Shown: piece after piece, positions 10,401 through 18,828 of the stretch
Layout: each line of letters begins with the position of its first letter
Position numbering within the stretch: position 1 is the stretch's first letter
NCBI GenBank assembly: GCA_944383375.1
Contig: CALWPG010000002.1
Span: 19,007-83,006 of the forward strand
Direction: 5' to 3'
DNA: 64,000 nt
Source of the DNA: an uncultured Clostridia bacterium
GTDB taxonomy: Bacteria; Bacillota; Clostridia; Christensenellales; UBA1242
The notes under the pieces: model-generated
What the model was told of the DNA's origin: nothing
Database searches by the model: none
What the model saw: the letters and a program-made list of their open reading frames with translations, nothing else
Made by a program: the position numbers and the translations under genes

Positions 10401-13400
10401 AAATTTTGTGGTATCCACACCATATTCCATATCATCGGGACTTACTCGTGGTGATTACTATGGATTATTTTCAAGTATCGCAAGTGGTGCAGAACTTTCA
10501 AATTTGACTTTAAGTGGAACAATTACTATAGATAGTTTATCCAACACTCAATCATCATACATTGGCCTAATTGCTGGTGTAAACAATGGCACCATTACAA
10601 ACGTCAACGTCACACTGCTTGAAAGCGAAATAACATCTTCTGCCAACAGTGCAGTTTATGTGGGTGGTGCTTTGGGTCAAAATAATGGACAGTATATCAT
10701 AGACACCACCAACAACTTGACTCCTTCATCAACCATGTTTGTGTATATGGGTGAAAATGAGTTCAATATCACAACATCCAGCACAGCATATGTCGGTGGT
10801 GTTGTTGGAGATAACAACGGAACCATACAATTTATTGGTTCAACTGTTGCCATGTATAATAACTATGGCCTTTCTACAAATGTCAACATTGTTGCCAACA
10901 CAAGTGTAAGTAACATGTTACACTTAGGTGGCGTTGCTGGACGAAATACATCAGTTATAGAAAATCTGATTGCAACAGGTAGAGTTAGGGCAGACAACGG
11001 CCGTTATGTTGGTGGTTTGATTGGTATCATGCCATCTGGTCGAGTTTATGGCAATATTTCAAGAGTTTTTGTAAGAGGCAATACATTTGTTGCGGGTCTT
11101 ATTGGTGACGTTAATGGAGGTGCAATCGAGAATAACAAAGTTCAAGCCACAGATGATAGACAAAGTACAGGACTTGATGCTTCGCTTATTGTTGGTGGTT
11201 CAAACACTACTTCACACATTTTCAATTCTTCAAACAACGTTCAAGTTGATACATCAAATACAGCACAATCATATGTGAACAGAACAAGGGTAGTATATCC
11301 ACAAGCCATCAGTGACATAAACAACTATTACGGCGAAGTTGTGATACTTTCATACACAAGTGGTCAAGAAGATGTAAAGCAGTTTGAAAAAGCTGAATCA
11401 GGGCAACTTAGTCAAATTATAAACAGTGAAAAATATATAGACAATTTAATAGTTTTAAATTACTATCAAGCGCAAAATTCTGAGCTACAAAGCTATCTAT
11501 CTATACTAAATACACAGTATCTACCAGCTGATCTTTTCACTGAGCAGGCACAGATATCAATAACATCAAGGGCAACATCTATAATTTCAGTAACAAACGA
11601 TGGACAACTTGTTGTCCATTCTGTGGGAACTGCCGTTTTGACATTGGCAAACATGCTTAATGCTGCTGACAGCATTGATATTACCTGTGTTGTTACTCAA
11701 TATGTTGGCAACATTGAATTGTACTTGACCTCAGATTACACAGTACCTTTGTCGCAAAACAGCCTGCTTAACATTTCAAATAGGAACACCGTATCACTTT
11801 ATCCACGTTTCAATGCCTATGCCGTTGCTGGTAATATGCAAATACAACTTTCAGAAAACAGGTCAGCAAAAATTGAGGTGATAGGAAATGAATTTGTTGA
11901 AGTGTCGCAAACTTCAAATACTATCATTCTTTCGGGCAAAGGCAACGAGAACAGTGCGCGTGACACAGTTGAATTTTATGTATACGTTGATGTGAATGGA
12001 CAAAAGCGATATCTTAATCTGCAAACCAATATGTTTGATGTGACAAACATAGAAGATCAGAATGTGTATTCGGCTACCATCTATACATCTTACACCCAAG
12101 GAATATACAATATCGAAGTAGATAAACGCAATATAACTGTTGCTCCTAGTGACAGGTTTTCAATCAGTGTTGGATATTTGACAGATGATGAAAACGATGA
12201 GTTAACACTATCTATAACATATCTAGAAAATGGTGAAACATTTACAATAAATGATGAAGACCTTTCAAATTATTTCACAGTTTCCTACGATTCATCTCCT
12301 ACCTATGATGAAGAGAGTGGAAGATATTACTTAACCTATACATTTGAGATGAACACAAGTGGGCTTATTAGGTTGGGTGAATATTTGTTTACATTTGCAA
12401 GTGAAGATTCTCTTGTTACAAAAAATGTTTATGTGACATATCAAAGTCAACCAATAAACAGTGTAATAATTAAAAATTATAGTTTCACTGACAATGAAGA
12501 AATCATATTAATTCAAGATGATGACACCTATCGTATTTACAACACAAGCTACACAATGACCGAAACCAACATTGTCACAGCTGGCCAACCAAATATTTTG
12601 AAGGTACTTATCACACCATTATTTGCAGATTATGAGTATATTGAAATAACAAACGCACCACAAAATATTCAAAATGGCAATGTGGTGTTGTTTGGATTGC
12701 TAACTCAATATCAAAACAATCCAGGGCAAGCAGTGGTATCCTCTGATGCCTACTTTACATCCACTGGAATTCGTGTGCTAAAATCATCAATTCAATCTGG
12801 AGAACTCAATGTTCTTTACAGGCTCGCCACAAATGTAATTGAGGGTCAAAGTATAACCTTATACATCAATTTCTACAACACAGAGGGCGAAATTGTCTAT
12901 TCTCAGCAACAAAAGATACTAACCATCACTTTAGACAAAACAGTTGAAATAACTTTAGCCAACAGAGAACCAAGCGATTCATACTATGTCGCAAGAGGTT
13001 ATAACTACCTTTTAAACATCAGTACTCAAGGATATGCAATTGAAGATATAGTCATTGAATCTTCATCGCCATACGGAACAATCGTCAACGACAACGGTTC
13101 GTACTATTTAAGAATTGCTGACAATGTAAACTATATCTCCACTCAAGAGGGTTATTCATTTACAGTAACATATTATGGCACTACAACGGTTAATGGGGTA
13201 GTGACTTCTGGCATTCGAAAAACCTTTGTCTGCACCATTGTTGAGTATGTGGTAGGAAATATCAGAGACTTAAATGAAGTTTTCTCCGACGATGAGATAA
13301 TCGTCAACCGTGGAAACACTCAAGATATAAGAGATCTAATAGTTGATAAAATTGAAATTGAATATGCAAGTGGAGCAACTGCCGCTGTGCAGGCACTCAA

Positions 13401-16400
13401 GCAGAGTTTAAAAAGCAACGCATTCTTCTATTTCAAAAATGGTGACACTTTTGATTTGGTAGACGATGATTATTCATATGAAGATGACAATGTGCGTCTA
13501 ACAGGTTTTATGATGACGGGTAAATTTGTTGGCGAAGATGTTTTCACCCTTGGAGTATATGCAAGTCTTCACTATCTTGCCGGATATTTGCAAGTATCAA
13601 CTGACGTGGATATAGATGACGTCAGTCCTATGGACATAAAGACATTCGCTGTTTCTGTTAATCAACAATCATCACTTGAGAACCAATTGCCGATATATAC
13701 TCTTGATGATTTCTATTCAATGAGTGAGGGGAATTACTATATCCTCATGAATGACATAGAAATTCCTTCAGGCTATACTCCAATCAACACACAGATAGCA
13801 AGATTTGATGGCAATGGTCACAGGTTCATCTTTGGTGGAGTGTATGCAGAATATGTAAATGTAAACAATTTTGGTTTATTTAGTGAAATTGGCGAAAATA
13901 CCGTTATTGCAAATGTTACTATTGCAATTGATGCATCGCGTAGTGCAGTTTTGAATTTTAGAAATGAAAGTGGAACGCAAGCTTTCAATTTTGGACTTTT
14001 GTGTGGGATAAACAATGGCACAATAACAAATTGCAACGTCGTATGCCAAAGCGATGTCACATCACTTATAGTCACTAACTCTGCATTGGTGGCAGTAACA
14101 TCAACATCAAATATTGCTGGATTGGTGGCTATAAATAACGGATACATCACCAATTCAAGAGTTAGTATCAGAATTGAAAGTTATGGTGCTAACCTTGCAG
14201 GCTTTGTAGCACAAAATAACGGACATATCTCAACAAGTTATGTCAAACAAAGTTTGATACGAAACTCAAGTACAAATGTAAACAATGCTACTGGTGGATT
14301 TGTTGTTGCAAACAACGGCAATATATTCGCAAGTTTTGTTGAGGGAGCATATACATCAGGCCTTAGTAGCCTTTATGCTAGTGATACAAATTATATCGTA
14401 AGAGCGACATCAATAGCAGGAGCATTTGCTTACATAAATGAAGGAACAATTTCAAATAGTTATGCAAATATTCCAGTAACTTCATCCTCAATCAATTCAG
14501 GTTTTGTTTGCACTAACAATGGCGAAATCATTTCCTCGTACACCACAAGTAGGTTGGGAGACCGTGATACTGGAAATTATCCATTCTTCATAACTTCCAC
14601 GGGAAGTATAAGTGATTGTTATTATTTGCAGGCAGAAAACTATAATGTTGGCATCAATACCTCAAATGAAAATGTTGAAGGCTTAAGAGCAACCAGCATA
14701 ATAGAATTTGCAACTGGTTATGAGGCCTTGGGCACAAACACTGAATACACCTTGGGCGAAAAATTATTCACTGGATTCGCCTTTAACTCAAATAATGATA
14801 TCAATAGTGGTGTTTGGTTCTATGCGACAGACAATAACTCTTTTGAAAATGCAACTGGCATTTCGTTACAAACTGGTACAGTGATAACACTTGCACAGTA
14901 TCGCAATTACTTACAATACAGTCGACAAATCAGCGTTTCAACATATCTTCAAGATGGTCAGCCATTGCTACTTAGAGAAAATAGACCTCAACTAGTTGGG
15001 GCAAATATTATAGCATTTTCTCAAAAGATAATACTTGAACAAAGATATGACGAAACCACAGGTGAAACAATTTATGACTATGCAATAAATTCAAACTCCT
15101 ATGCTGAGGGAACTATGTTTAACCCATATATAATAACGTCAGCAGTAGAGTTTGAGGAGAATTTCATAGCCAATAGCAATTCTTTTGCAAATACAAATTA
15201 TTATAGATTGGTCAAAGACATCAATTACACCTTGGAAGGACTCGTGACAAGTTCATTATACAATTACATTTTAGCCGGATATATCGAGGGAAATGATTTA
15301 ACAATTTCCAATTTCTCGATAAATACTAACGCAACACTGATGTCCGGTGGATATTTCTCGCAAATTGGATATGGTAGCAATTATGCAACAATCCAAAACA
15401 TAACTTTTGCACCAAGATACATCAACTTGCCAAATGCACTCAATGTTGGGACAATTGCAGGAACTGTCAATCGTGCTTATGCTTACAATGTCACAGTTGA
15501 TGGGTATAATGGTGAAAATACTTCAAAAGTTGTGCTTGGCAAAAATATTGTAGGTGGTGTGTTTGGTAGAACTATTTCTGCTTTCGACATGCAAAATATC
15601 TATTCTTCAATTTCCACCAATGCATACTTTACAAACACAAGTCTTGATTGGACATCTCAAAGTGTGCAAAATGCAATCCTTTATGAAGAAGGAGGCTCAA
15701 ACAACACTACTGTCTCATATAGTGGAAGCATCATCGGTTATCTTGGTGGAATTGGAACCATCAAAAATGCCAATATATTAAATCAGGTTGCTATTATGGG
15801 CATGGTAGGTGGATTTATGTTCGGTGGCATTGGACTTAATGCAACAGCCAGTGATATCACCTTCATGATCACACCTGGTGAAAATAACTTCCTTCGCGTA
15901 AGTGCTTATGCAGGTTTCATAGTCGGCGATCTTAAAGGTGTACTTAAAAACGTAAATGTCTTATCTCCTGATCAAACCGAAGAGCAATACCCACTATTCA
16001 AACTTCAACCAAAAGTCACAATGGCAATCGGTGGCCTTGCAGGAATAGCGAGAGGTAACACTGATCAGATTGAAAATATCACAAATTGTCATGTGTATCT
16101 AGATATTACATTTAGTAACACTGATATAATCATTCCTGAAACAGTTGGTGGACTGGTTGGAAAAGTCATTGAAAATATCAAAATTTCTAACAGTACATAT
16201 GAAGGTGGTTCAATTACAGGAAAAAATTATGTGGGAGGATTTATAGGTTCAATAACATTCTATGATACATTCAAGAATGTTCAAATCACAAATTCAAAGG
16301 TCGGAACTGATGAAAACATTTTAACCAATGTTCAAGGCATCAAACCAGCCCAAGATGAAGAAAGTTTGTCAACCTACATAGGAGCACTCATCGGCGCAAT

Positions 16401-16830
16401 CGTTAGCGATAGCAGCTTTGAAAATGTTCTTTCTCTACAAGGTTTAGAAATTACAGACACAACTATCTATGCTTTGGTTTCTTCCGATGTCAAAATATAT
16501 GGTGCACTCTTGGGTCAGGGAAGTGGAACTATGTATTCTATACATGCATCAGCCGTCATAGGTGGGCTTAATGCAAATGTTCAAGTTATAGAAAGTGCAA
16601 CCTTTGACAATGTATTAGGATCAGTTGAGATAGAGCTTTTGGCAAGCAATTTAAGAAATCCAGAATTAGATGACAATGGATGCCCAGCTGACTATAACAT
16701 TTACCTATCCCAAGCATTATATAACTTTGATAGTGGATGTGCTCTAATAAGTAGTGAAGAAGGTGACATGACATTAAATAACATTCCAGTTAATTTCTTA
16801 AATTCGGAGTATATTTCATTATCTAACTAA
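7492..16830 (+). CDS. Giant lipoprotein (3112 aa): N-terminal Ig-like domain array followed by three GLUG/beta-helix cassettes
   Basis: I prefer the ATG at 7492 (GGAGAG SD at 7483-7488) over the TTG at 7474 in the track. The N-terminus MKKYLWISCLIFISICTLLLGAC is a signal peptide with lipobox L-G-A-C. GLUG-like turns such as YVGGVVGDNNGTI, YVGGLIGIMPSG, ETVGGLVGKV and NYVGGFIGS occur in three blocks (~10555-11150, ~13984-14545, ~15440-16410). It starts 30 nt after the upstream giant ORF, so the two are probably one operon. Confidence 0.85.
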   Translation: MKKYLWISCLIFISICTLLLGACGEDYTQFSLRFSSPSIELEQNTSSDYEIIIDNYFETDVNFHFAFDTPIVSISQPTEQGNGHFRITVTATEMVGNATLTITLLEGNKKLMIPVSVYEPVQSMQLKDSVDMFVLRGDSITLHSDMLDYYPSSTRQREVNFEIDGQVLTDGILTTDASTADVITVTAVNVYNPNVTYTFNVTVLDAIDTQNISLSYENEVILPIDEDETSYIELIENSDTLFSKTLSLVFDRRYEYQIFVKSNSRTVETMVSPNFENMLFVPIQATDFSLDEDVLVVRVKYPNYDAYHVDIEYRVETVAMPSGVLINGEQDLGIINLFDNDDDSRAKDLLLTVTPMTADYENIALEFYISNNSQLTRVDYEDIDDYICIKYGIGEISNETQITNLTQPLSVFGRNALPQNLGQYVVVRFVVQNDFSTQPVYNDVTFAINKSASNFYVNDEYTNSTIYVKNGESVIFNGFTVEEEDAVVGIITPTGSLLSNSICTVTQTQNSLDNNIAEIEITAHQNGDAQYYLVLESGISTRINILVRDELDLNNLWFYVEDTDNNVAQVEYKQSNSDNNTLSFVAVRNGGEVNIMANIAPRGVSSSMYSIALSNNDLTINGSKISFASADNIRREVTVSITRYIIEDFKLQADDSLAQGGVYNFDILCFEPISTFSFDAKNSSDLEEGFSNNVNVYDLNTPLGFVDRIMAEVDFRYTIGGVEYSFEDLNRFSPEFSFSVNETRDPNTGEYQLSDSGSLIYGYFNPTTGKFLCNATGRPRGSFTITARLYEYGNVISSTVQINIVEYVQVEEVWLYNYMEEIYLDPTNTQQIIYPYLLPQNATNQNFVAWFEPDENTSSTIVQLQYDANSITVTYTGSGGGSGNIVIVPSSWFRSSDRNDVLSRKEIEINVGDGSKENPLHINTFEQFKNIDLTKYYIIDGLIDAGGESVATFGELTGGISGNSASSGIINFVVSTPYSISSGLTRGDYYGLFSSIASGAELSNLTLSGTITIDSLSNTQSSYIGLIAGVNNGTITNVNVTLLESEITSSANSAVYVGGALGQNNGQYIIDTTNNLTPSSTMFVYMGENEFNITTSSTAYVGGVVGDNNGTIQFIGSTVAMYNNYGLSTNVNIVANTSVSNMLHLGGVAGRNTSVIENLIATGRVRADNGRYVGGLIGIMPSGRVYGNISRVFVRGNTFVAGLIGDVNGGAIENNKVQATDDRQSTGLDASLIVGGSNTTSHIFNSSNNVQVDTSNTAQSYVNRTRVVYPQAISDINNYYGEVVILSYTSGQEDVKQFEKAESGQLSQIINSEKYIDNLIVLNYYQAQNSELQSYLSILNTQYLPADLFTEQAQISITSRATSIISVTNDGQLVVHSVGTAVLTLANMLNAADSIDITCVVTQYVGNIELYLTSDYTVPLSQNSLLNISNRNTVSLYPRFNAYAVAGNMQIQLSENRSAKIEVIGNEFVEVSQTSNTIILSGKGNENSARDTVEFYVYVDVNGQKRYLNLQTNMFDVTNIEDQNVYSATIYTSYTQGIYNIEVDKRNITVAPSDRFSISVGYLTDDENDELTLSITYLENGETFTINDEDLSNYFTVSYDSSPTYDEESGRYYLTYTFEMNTSGLIRLGEYLFTFASEDSLVTKNVYVTYQSQPINSVIIKNYSFTDNEEIILIQDDDTYRIYNTSYTMTETNIVTAGQPNILKVLITPLFADYEYIEITNAPQNIQNGNVVLFGLLTQYQNNPGQAVVSSDAYFTSTGIRVLKSSIQSGELNVLYRLATNVIEGQSITLYINFYNTEGEIVYSQQQKILTITLDKTVEITLANREPSDSYYVARGYNYLLNISTQGYAIEDIVIESSSPYGTIVNDNGSYYLRIADNVNYISTQEGYSFTVTYYGTTTVNGVVTSGIRKTFVCTIVEYVVGNIRDLNEVFSDDEIIVNRGNTQDIRDLIVDKIEIEYASGATAAVQALKQSLKSNAFFYFKNGDTFDLVDDDYSYEDDNVRLTGFMMTGKFVGEDVFTLGVYASLHYLAGYLQVSTDVDIDDVSPMDIKTFAVSVNQQSSLENQLPIYTLDDFYSMSEGNYYILMNDIEIPSGYTPINTQIARFDGNGHRFIFGGVYAEYVNVNNFGLFSEIGENTVIANVTIAIDASRSAVLNFRNESGTQAFNFGLLCGINNGTITNCNVVCQSDVTSLIVTNSALVAVTSTSNIAGLVAINNGYITNSRVSIRIESYGANLAGFVAQNNGHISTSYVKQSLIRNSSTNVNNATGGFVVANNGNIFASFVEGAYTSGLSSLYASDTNYIVRATSIAGAFAYINEGTISNSYANIPVTSSSINSGFVCTNNGEIISSYTTSRLGDRDTGNYPFFITSTGSISDCYYLQAENYNVGINTSNENVEGLRATSIIEFATGYEALGTNTEYTLGEKLFTGFAFNSNNDINSGVWFYATDNNSFENATGISLQTGTVITLAQYRNYLQYSRQISVSTYLQDGQPLLLRENRPQLVGANIIAFSQKIILEQRYDETTGETIYDYAINSNSYAEGTMFNPYIITSAVEFEENFIANSNSFANTNYYRLVKDINYTLEGLVTSSLYNYILAGYIEGNDLTISNFSINTNATLMSGGYFSQIGYGSNYATIQNITFAPRYINLPNALNVGTIAGTVNRAYAYNVTVDGYNGENTSKVVLGKNIVGGVFGRTISAFDMQNIYSSISTNAYFTNTSLDWTSQSVQNAILYEEGGSNNTTVSYSGSIIGYLGGIGTIKNANILNQVAIMGMVGGFMFGGIGLNATASDITFMITPGENNFLRVSAYAGFIVGDLKGVLKNVNVLSPDQTEEQYPLFKLQPKVTMAIGGLAGIARGNTDQIENITNCHVYLDITFSNTDIIIPETVGGLVGKVIENIKISNSTYEGGSITGKNYVGGFIGSITFYDTFKNVQITNSKVGTDENILTNVQGIKPAQDEESLSTYIGALIGAIVSDSSFENVLSLQGLEITDTTIYALVSSDVKIYGALLGQGSGTMYSIHASAVIGGLNANVQVIESATFDNVLGSVEIELLASNLRNPELDDNGCPADYNIYLSQALYNFDSGCALISSEEGDMTLNNIPVNFLNSEYISLSN

Positions 16831-16847
16831 TAAATATTTTAGTTAAG

Positions 16848-16931
16848 ATTTCTCGCCGATAGCTTGAAATGACAGAAAAGTACACACTTTGGTGCCATTT
16901 TGAACCTTTAGGTGAGAAATTTTTATTTTTC
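16848..16931 (+). terminator. Possible branched intrinsic terminator / structured 3' UTR of the giant operon
   Basis: A 10-bp stem ATTTCTCGCC (16848-16857) / GGTGAGAAAT (16911-16920, one G.T pair) closes a 53-nt loop. The loop contains an inner AAATG/CATTT hairpin, and the stem is followed by TTTTTATTTTT. The loop is unusually large, so this call is tentative. Confidence 0.35.
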
Positions 16932-16999
16932 ACTTCGCTCAAAATGACAAAAGGTATGCCCAAAATGACAAAAAGTATGCTTGAAATGACGAAGTGTAC
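16864..16999. repeat. Four copies of a ~20-nt AAATGAC-containing direct repeat
   Basis: The copies are TTGAAATGACAGAAAAGTACAC (16864-16885), CTCAAAATGACAAAAGGTATGC (16938-16959), CCAAAATGACAAAAAGTATGC (16960-16980) and TTGAAATGACGAAGTGTAC (16981-16999). The last three are head-to-tail with a 21-22 nt period. CACTTCG (16931-16937) and CGAAGTG (16991-16997) form an inverted pair around them. Confidence 0.8.
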
Positions 17000-17021
17000 T
17001 TAGATTTTTTCATAATGTTAT

Positions 17022-17049
17022 TTGAAAAAAAATATATTTGTGCTAAAAT
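17022..17049 (+). promoter_or_regulatory. Sigma-70/SigA-type promoter with extended -10 directly upstream of holB
   Basis: TTGAAA (17022-17027), a 16-nt spacer, then TGcTAAAAT (-10 at 17044-17049). The -10 ends 6 nt before the GTG at 17056. Confidence 0.45.
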
Positions 17050-17055
17050 TAACTT

Positions 17056-18021
17056 GTGGATTATCAAAACTATATATTAAATCAACCATATATGAGAAAC
17101 TTCATACAAAAAAAGGCAAATAGTATGACAAAATCTGCCTATATTTTTGCTTGCCCAGATGACGAAACATTGTATGAGATCACGATGTGTGTTGTAAAAG
17201 TTTTTTTGTGTGAAAACAATGGTTTTGACAATTGCCCAACCTGTCAAAAAGTTGAATGTGGTTCACATCCAGATTTGCTCACATATCCTAAGGGTGAAGC
17301 TTTTAGTACTCAAGATGCAAAGGACATAATTGAAAATGCAAACAAAAAACCAATGCTTTCGAAAAATAAAATTATTTTAATAAAAGATTTAGATAATTCC
17401 AGTGATCAAGCACAAAACAAGCTTCTAAAAATATTGGAAAGCCCACCAAATAACGTGATTTTTTTGATATATACAACAAACATCAACAAGGTGCTTTCAA
17501 CAGTTGTTTCGAGATTAATTAAAGTTGATGTCACACCATTTGACTCAAAAACTTTGCGCCTTATGTTTAAACATTATGAAAATAATGAAAATTTTGAGCT
17601 TGCAATGCAAAGTAGCAATGGTTATATTGGTTACACAAAAAGAATTTTAATAGATGATAATTTTCATAAATGTCATCTCACTGCTCGCAACATAGTAACA
17701 AAATTAAAAAATAGTGCGAGTGTTGTGGATTATATAATTCCAAAGATAAGCAAAAGTCAGTTTGATGACATTTTGCAGAATATGCAGTCCATGTACAGAG
17801 ATGTGGCGATGCTAAAATGTGGCAAAGATGATTTGGTAATCAATAGATCCATAATCTCAGACTTAAAAGAGGTGCAGGATGAATTTTCGCTTAAAGCAAT
17901 TACTAAAATTATAAAGAAAATAAACGATGTAAACAAAAAACAATTTTCAAATGTGAGCTTATCATTGCTTTTTGAAAGTTTGCTTGTAAACATATTGGAG
18001 GTAAAATATTTATGCAGATAG
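17056..18021 (+). CDS. holB: DNA polymerase III subunit delta' (clamp-loader subunit)
   Basis: It has the SAYIF motif where delta' proteins carry SHAYLF and lacks an intact Walker A. It also has the Zn module CPTCQKVECGSHPDL, and SRLIKV in place of the SRC motif. It sits in the Bacillus-type holB-yaaT neighbourhood. The start is uncertain (GTG 17056 versus later ATGs). Confidence 0.8.
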   Translation: MDYQNYILNQPYMRNFIQKKANSMTKSAYIFACPDDETLYEITMCVVKVFLCENNGFDNCPTCQKVECGSHPDLLTYPKGEAFSTQDAKDIIENANKKPMLSKNKIILIKDLDNSSDQAQNKLLKILESPPNNVIFLIYTTNINKVLSTVVSRLIKVDVTPFDSKTLRLMFKHYENNENFELAMQSSNGYIGYTKRILIDDNFHKCHLTARNIVTKLKNSASVVDYIIPKISKSQFDDILQNMQSMYRDVAMLKCGKDDLVINRSIISDLKEVQDEFSLKAITKIIKKINDVNKKQFSNVSLSLLFESLLVNILEVKYLCR

Positions 18022-18827
18022 ATAAAGTTGATGTAAGTTACTGCGCTGGTGGGAAAACATATTCCTTTTTAGCCAACAACTTACCACTAAAAAAAGGAGA
18101 TGCGGTGGTTGTGGATACGTCACGAGGTAGTGAACTTGCATATGTCGTCAAAGACGTTGAATATTTGGATAATTATGAGTATGAAAGCCAATTGAAAAAA
18201 GTTCTAAGGCTGGCAACCAAAGAGGATATAGAACAAAAACAAAAAAATTTAATAAGAGAAAAAGAAATCCAAAAAATTGCAGAAAAATTTAGCAAAGAAT
18301 TAAAATTGGATTTAAAAATTACAAATGCAGAACTTAGCTTAGACCAAAGCAAAGTTGTTATCAACTTCACATCTTCAGAGAGAGTTGACTTTAGAGAACT
18401 TGTGAAAAAATTGGCAGGGACATTAAAGTGCAGGATAGAACTTCATCAAATTGGGCAAAGGGTGGAGACTCAACTACTAGGTGGTTTGGGACCTTGCGGT
18501 AGAGAAGTTTGCTGTAGCGGATTTTTAAAAGACTTTGACCATGCGACAATAAAGATGGCAAAAAATCAGGGGCTTAGTTTAAACCCAACAAAGATAAGTG
18601 GACTTTGTGGCAGGCTAATGTGTTGCTTGGCATATGAAAATGACCATTATTCACAGATTACTGAAAAGATGCCAAAGATAAACTCAATTGTCACAACAAA
18701 AGATGGAGAAGGTAAAGTGGTTTACAACAATTTACTTAAACAAACTGTGGATGTTAAATTTGAGCATGGCGACAACTTTGAAATCATAAACTATAAACTT
18801 GAAGAGATCACTTTTTCAAAGGATTAA
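18012..18827 (+). CDS. ricT: PSP1-domain protein, stage 0 sporulation protein YaaT / RicT
   Basis: GGAGG SD at 17996-18000. Cys-rich C-terminal part (GPCGREVCCSGFL ... GLCGRLMCCLAYE) typical of the YaaT/PSP1 family. It lies immediately downstream of holB, as in Bacillus. Confidence 0.85.
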   Translation: MQIDKVDVSYCAGGKTYSFLANNLPLKKGDAVVVDTSRGSELAYVVKDVEYLDNYEYESQLKKVLRLATKEDIEQKQKNLIREKEIQKIAEKFSKELKLDLKITNAELSLDQSKVVINFTSSERVDFRELVKKLAGTLKCRIELHQIGQRVETQLLGGLGPCGREVCCSGFLKDFDHATIKMAKNQGLSLNPTKISGLCGRLMCCLAYENDHYSQITEKMPKINSIVTTKDGEGKVVYNNLLKQTVDVKFEHGDNFEIINYKLEEITFSKD

Positions 18828-18828
18828 T

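Noticed and set aside
16938-16999. Tandem 21-22 nt repeats considered as a mini CRISPR array or CRISPR remnant.
   Set aside because: The copies abut one another with no spacers. They are too short and too degenerate, and no cas genes or leader are present.
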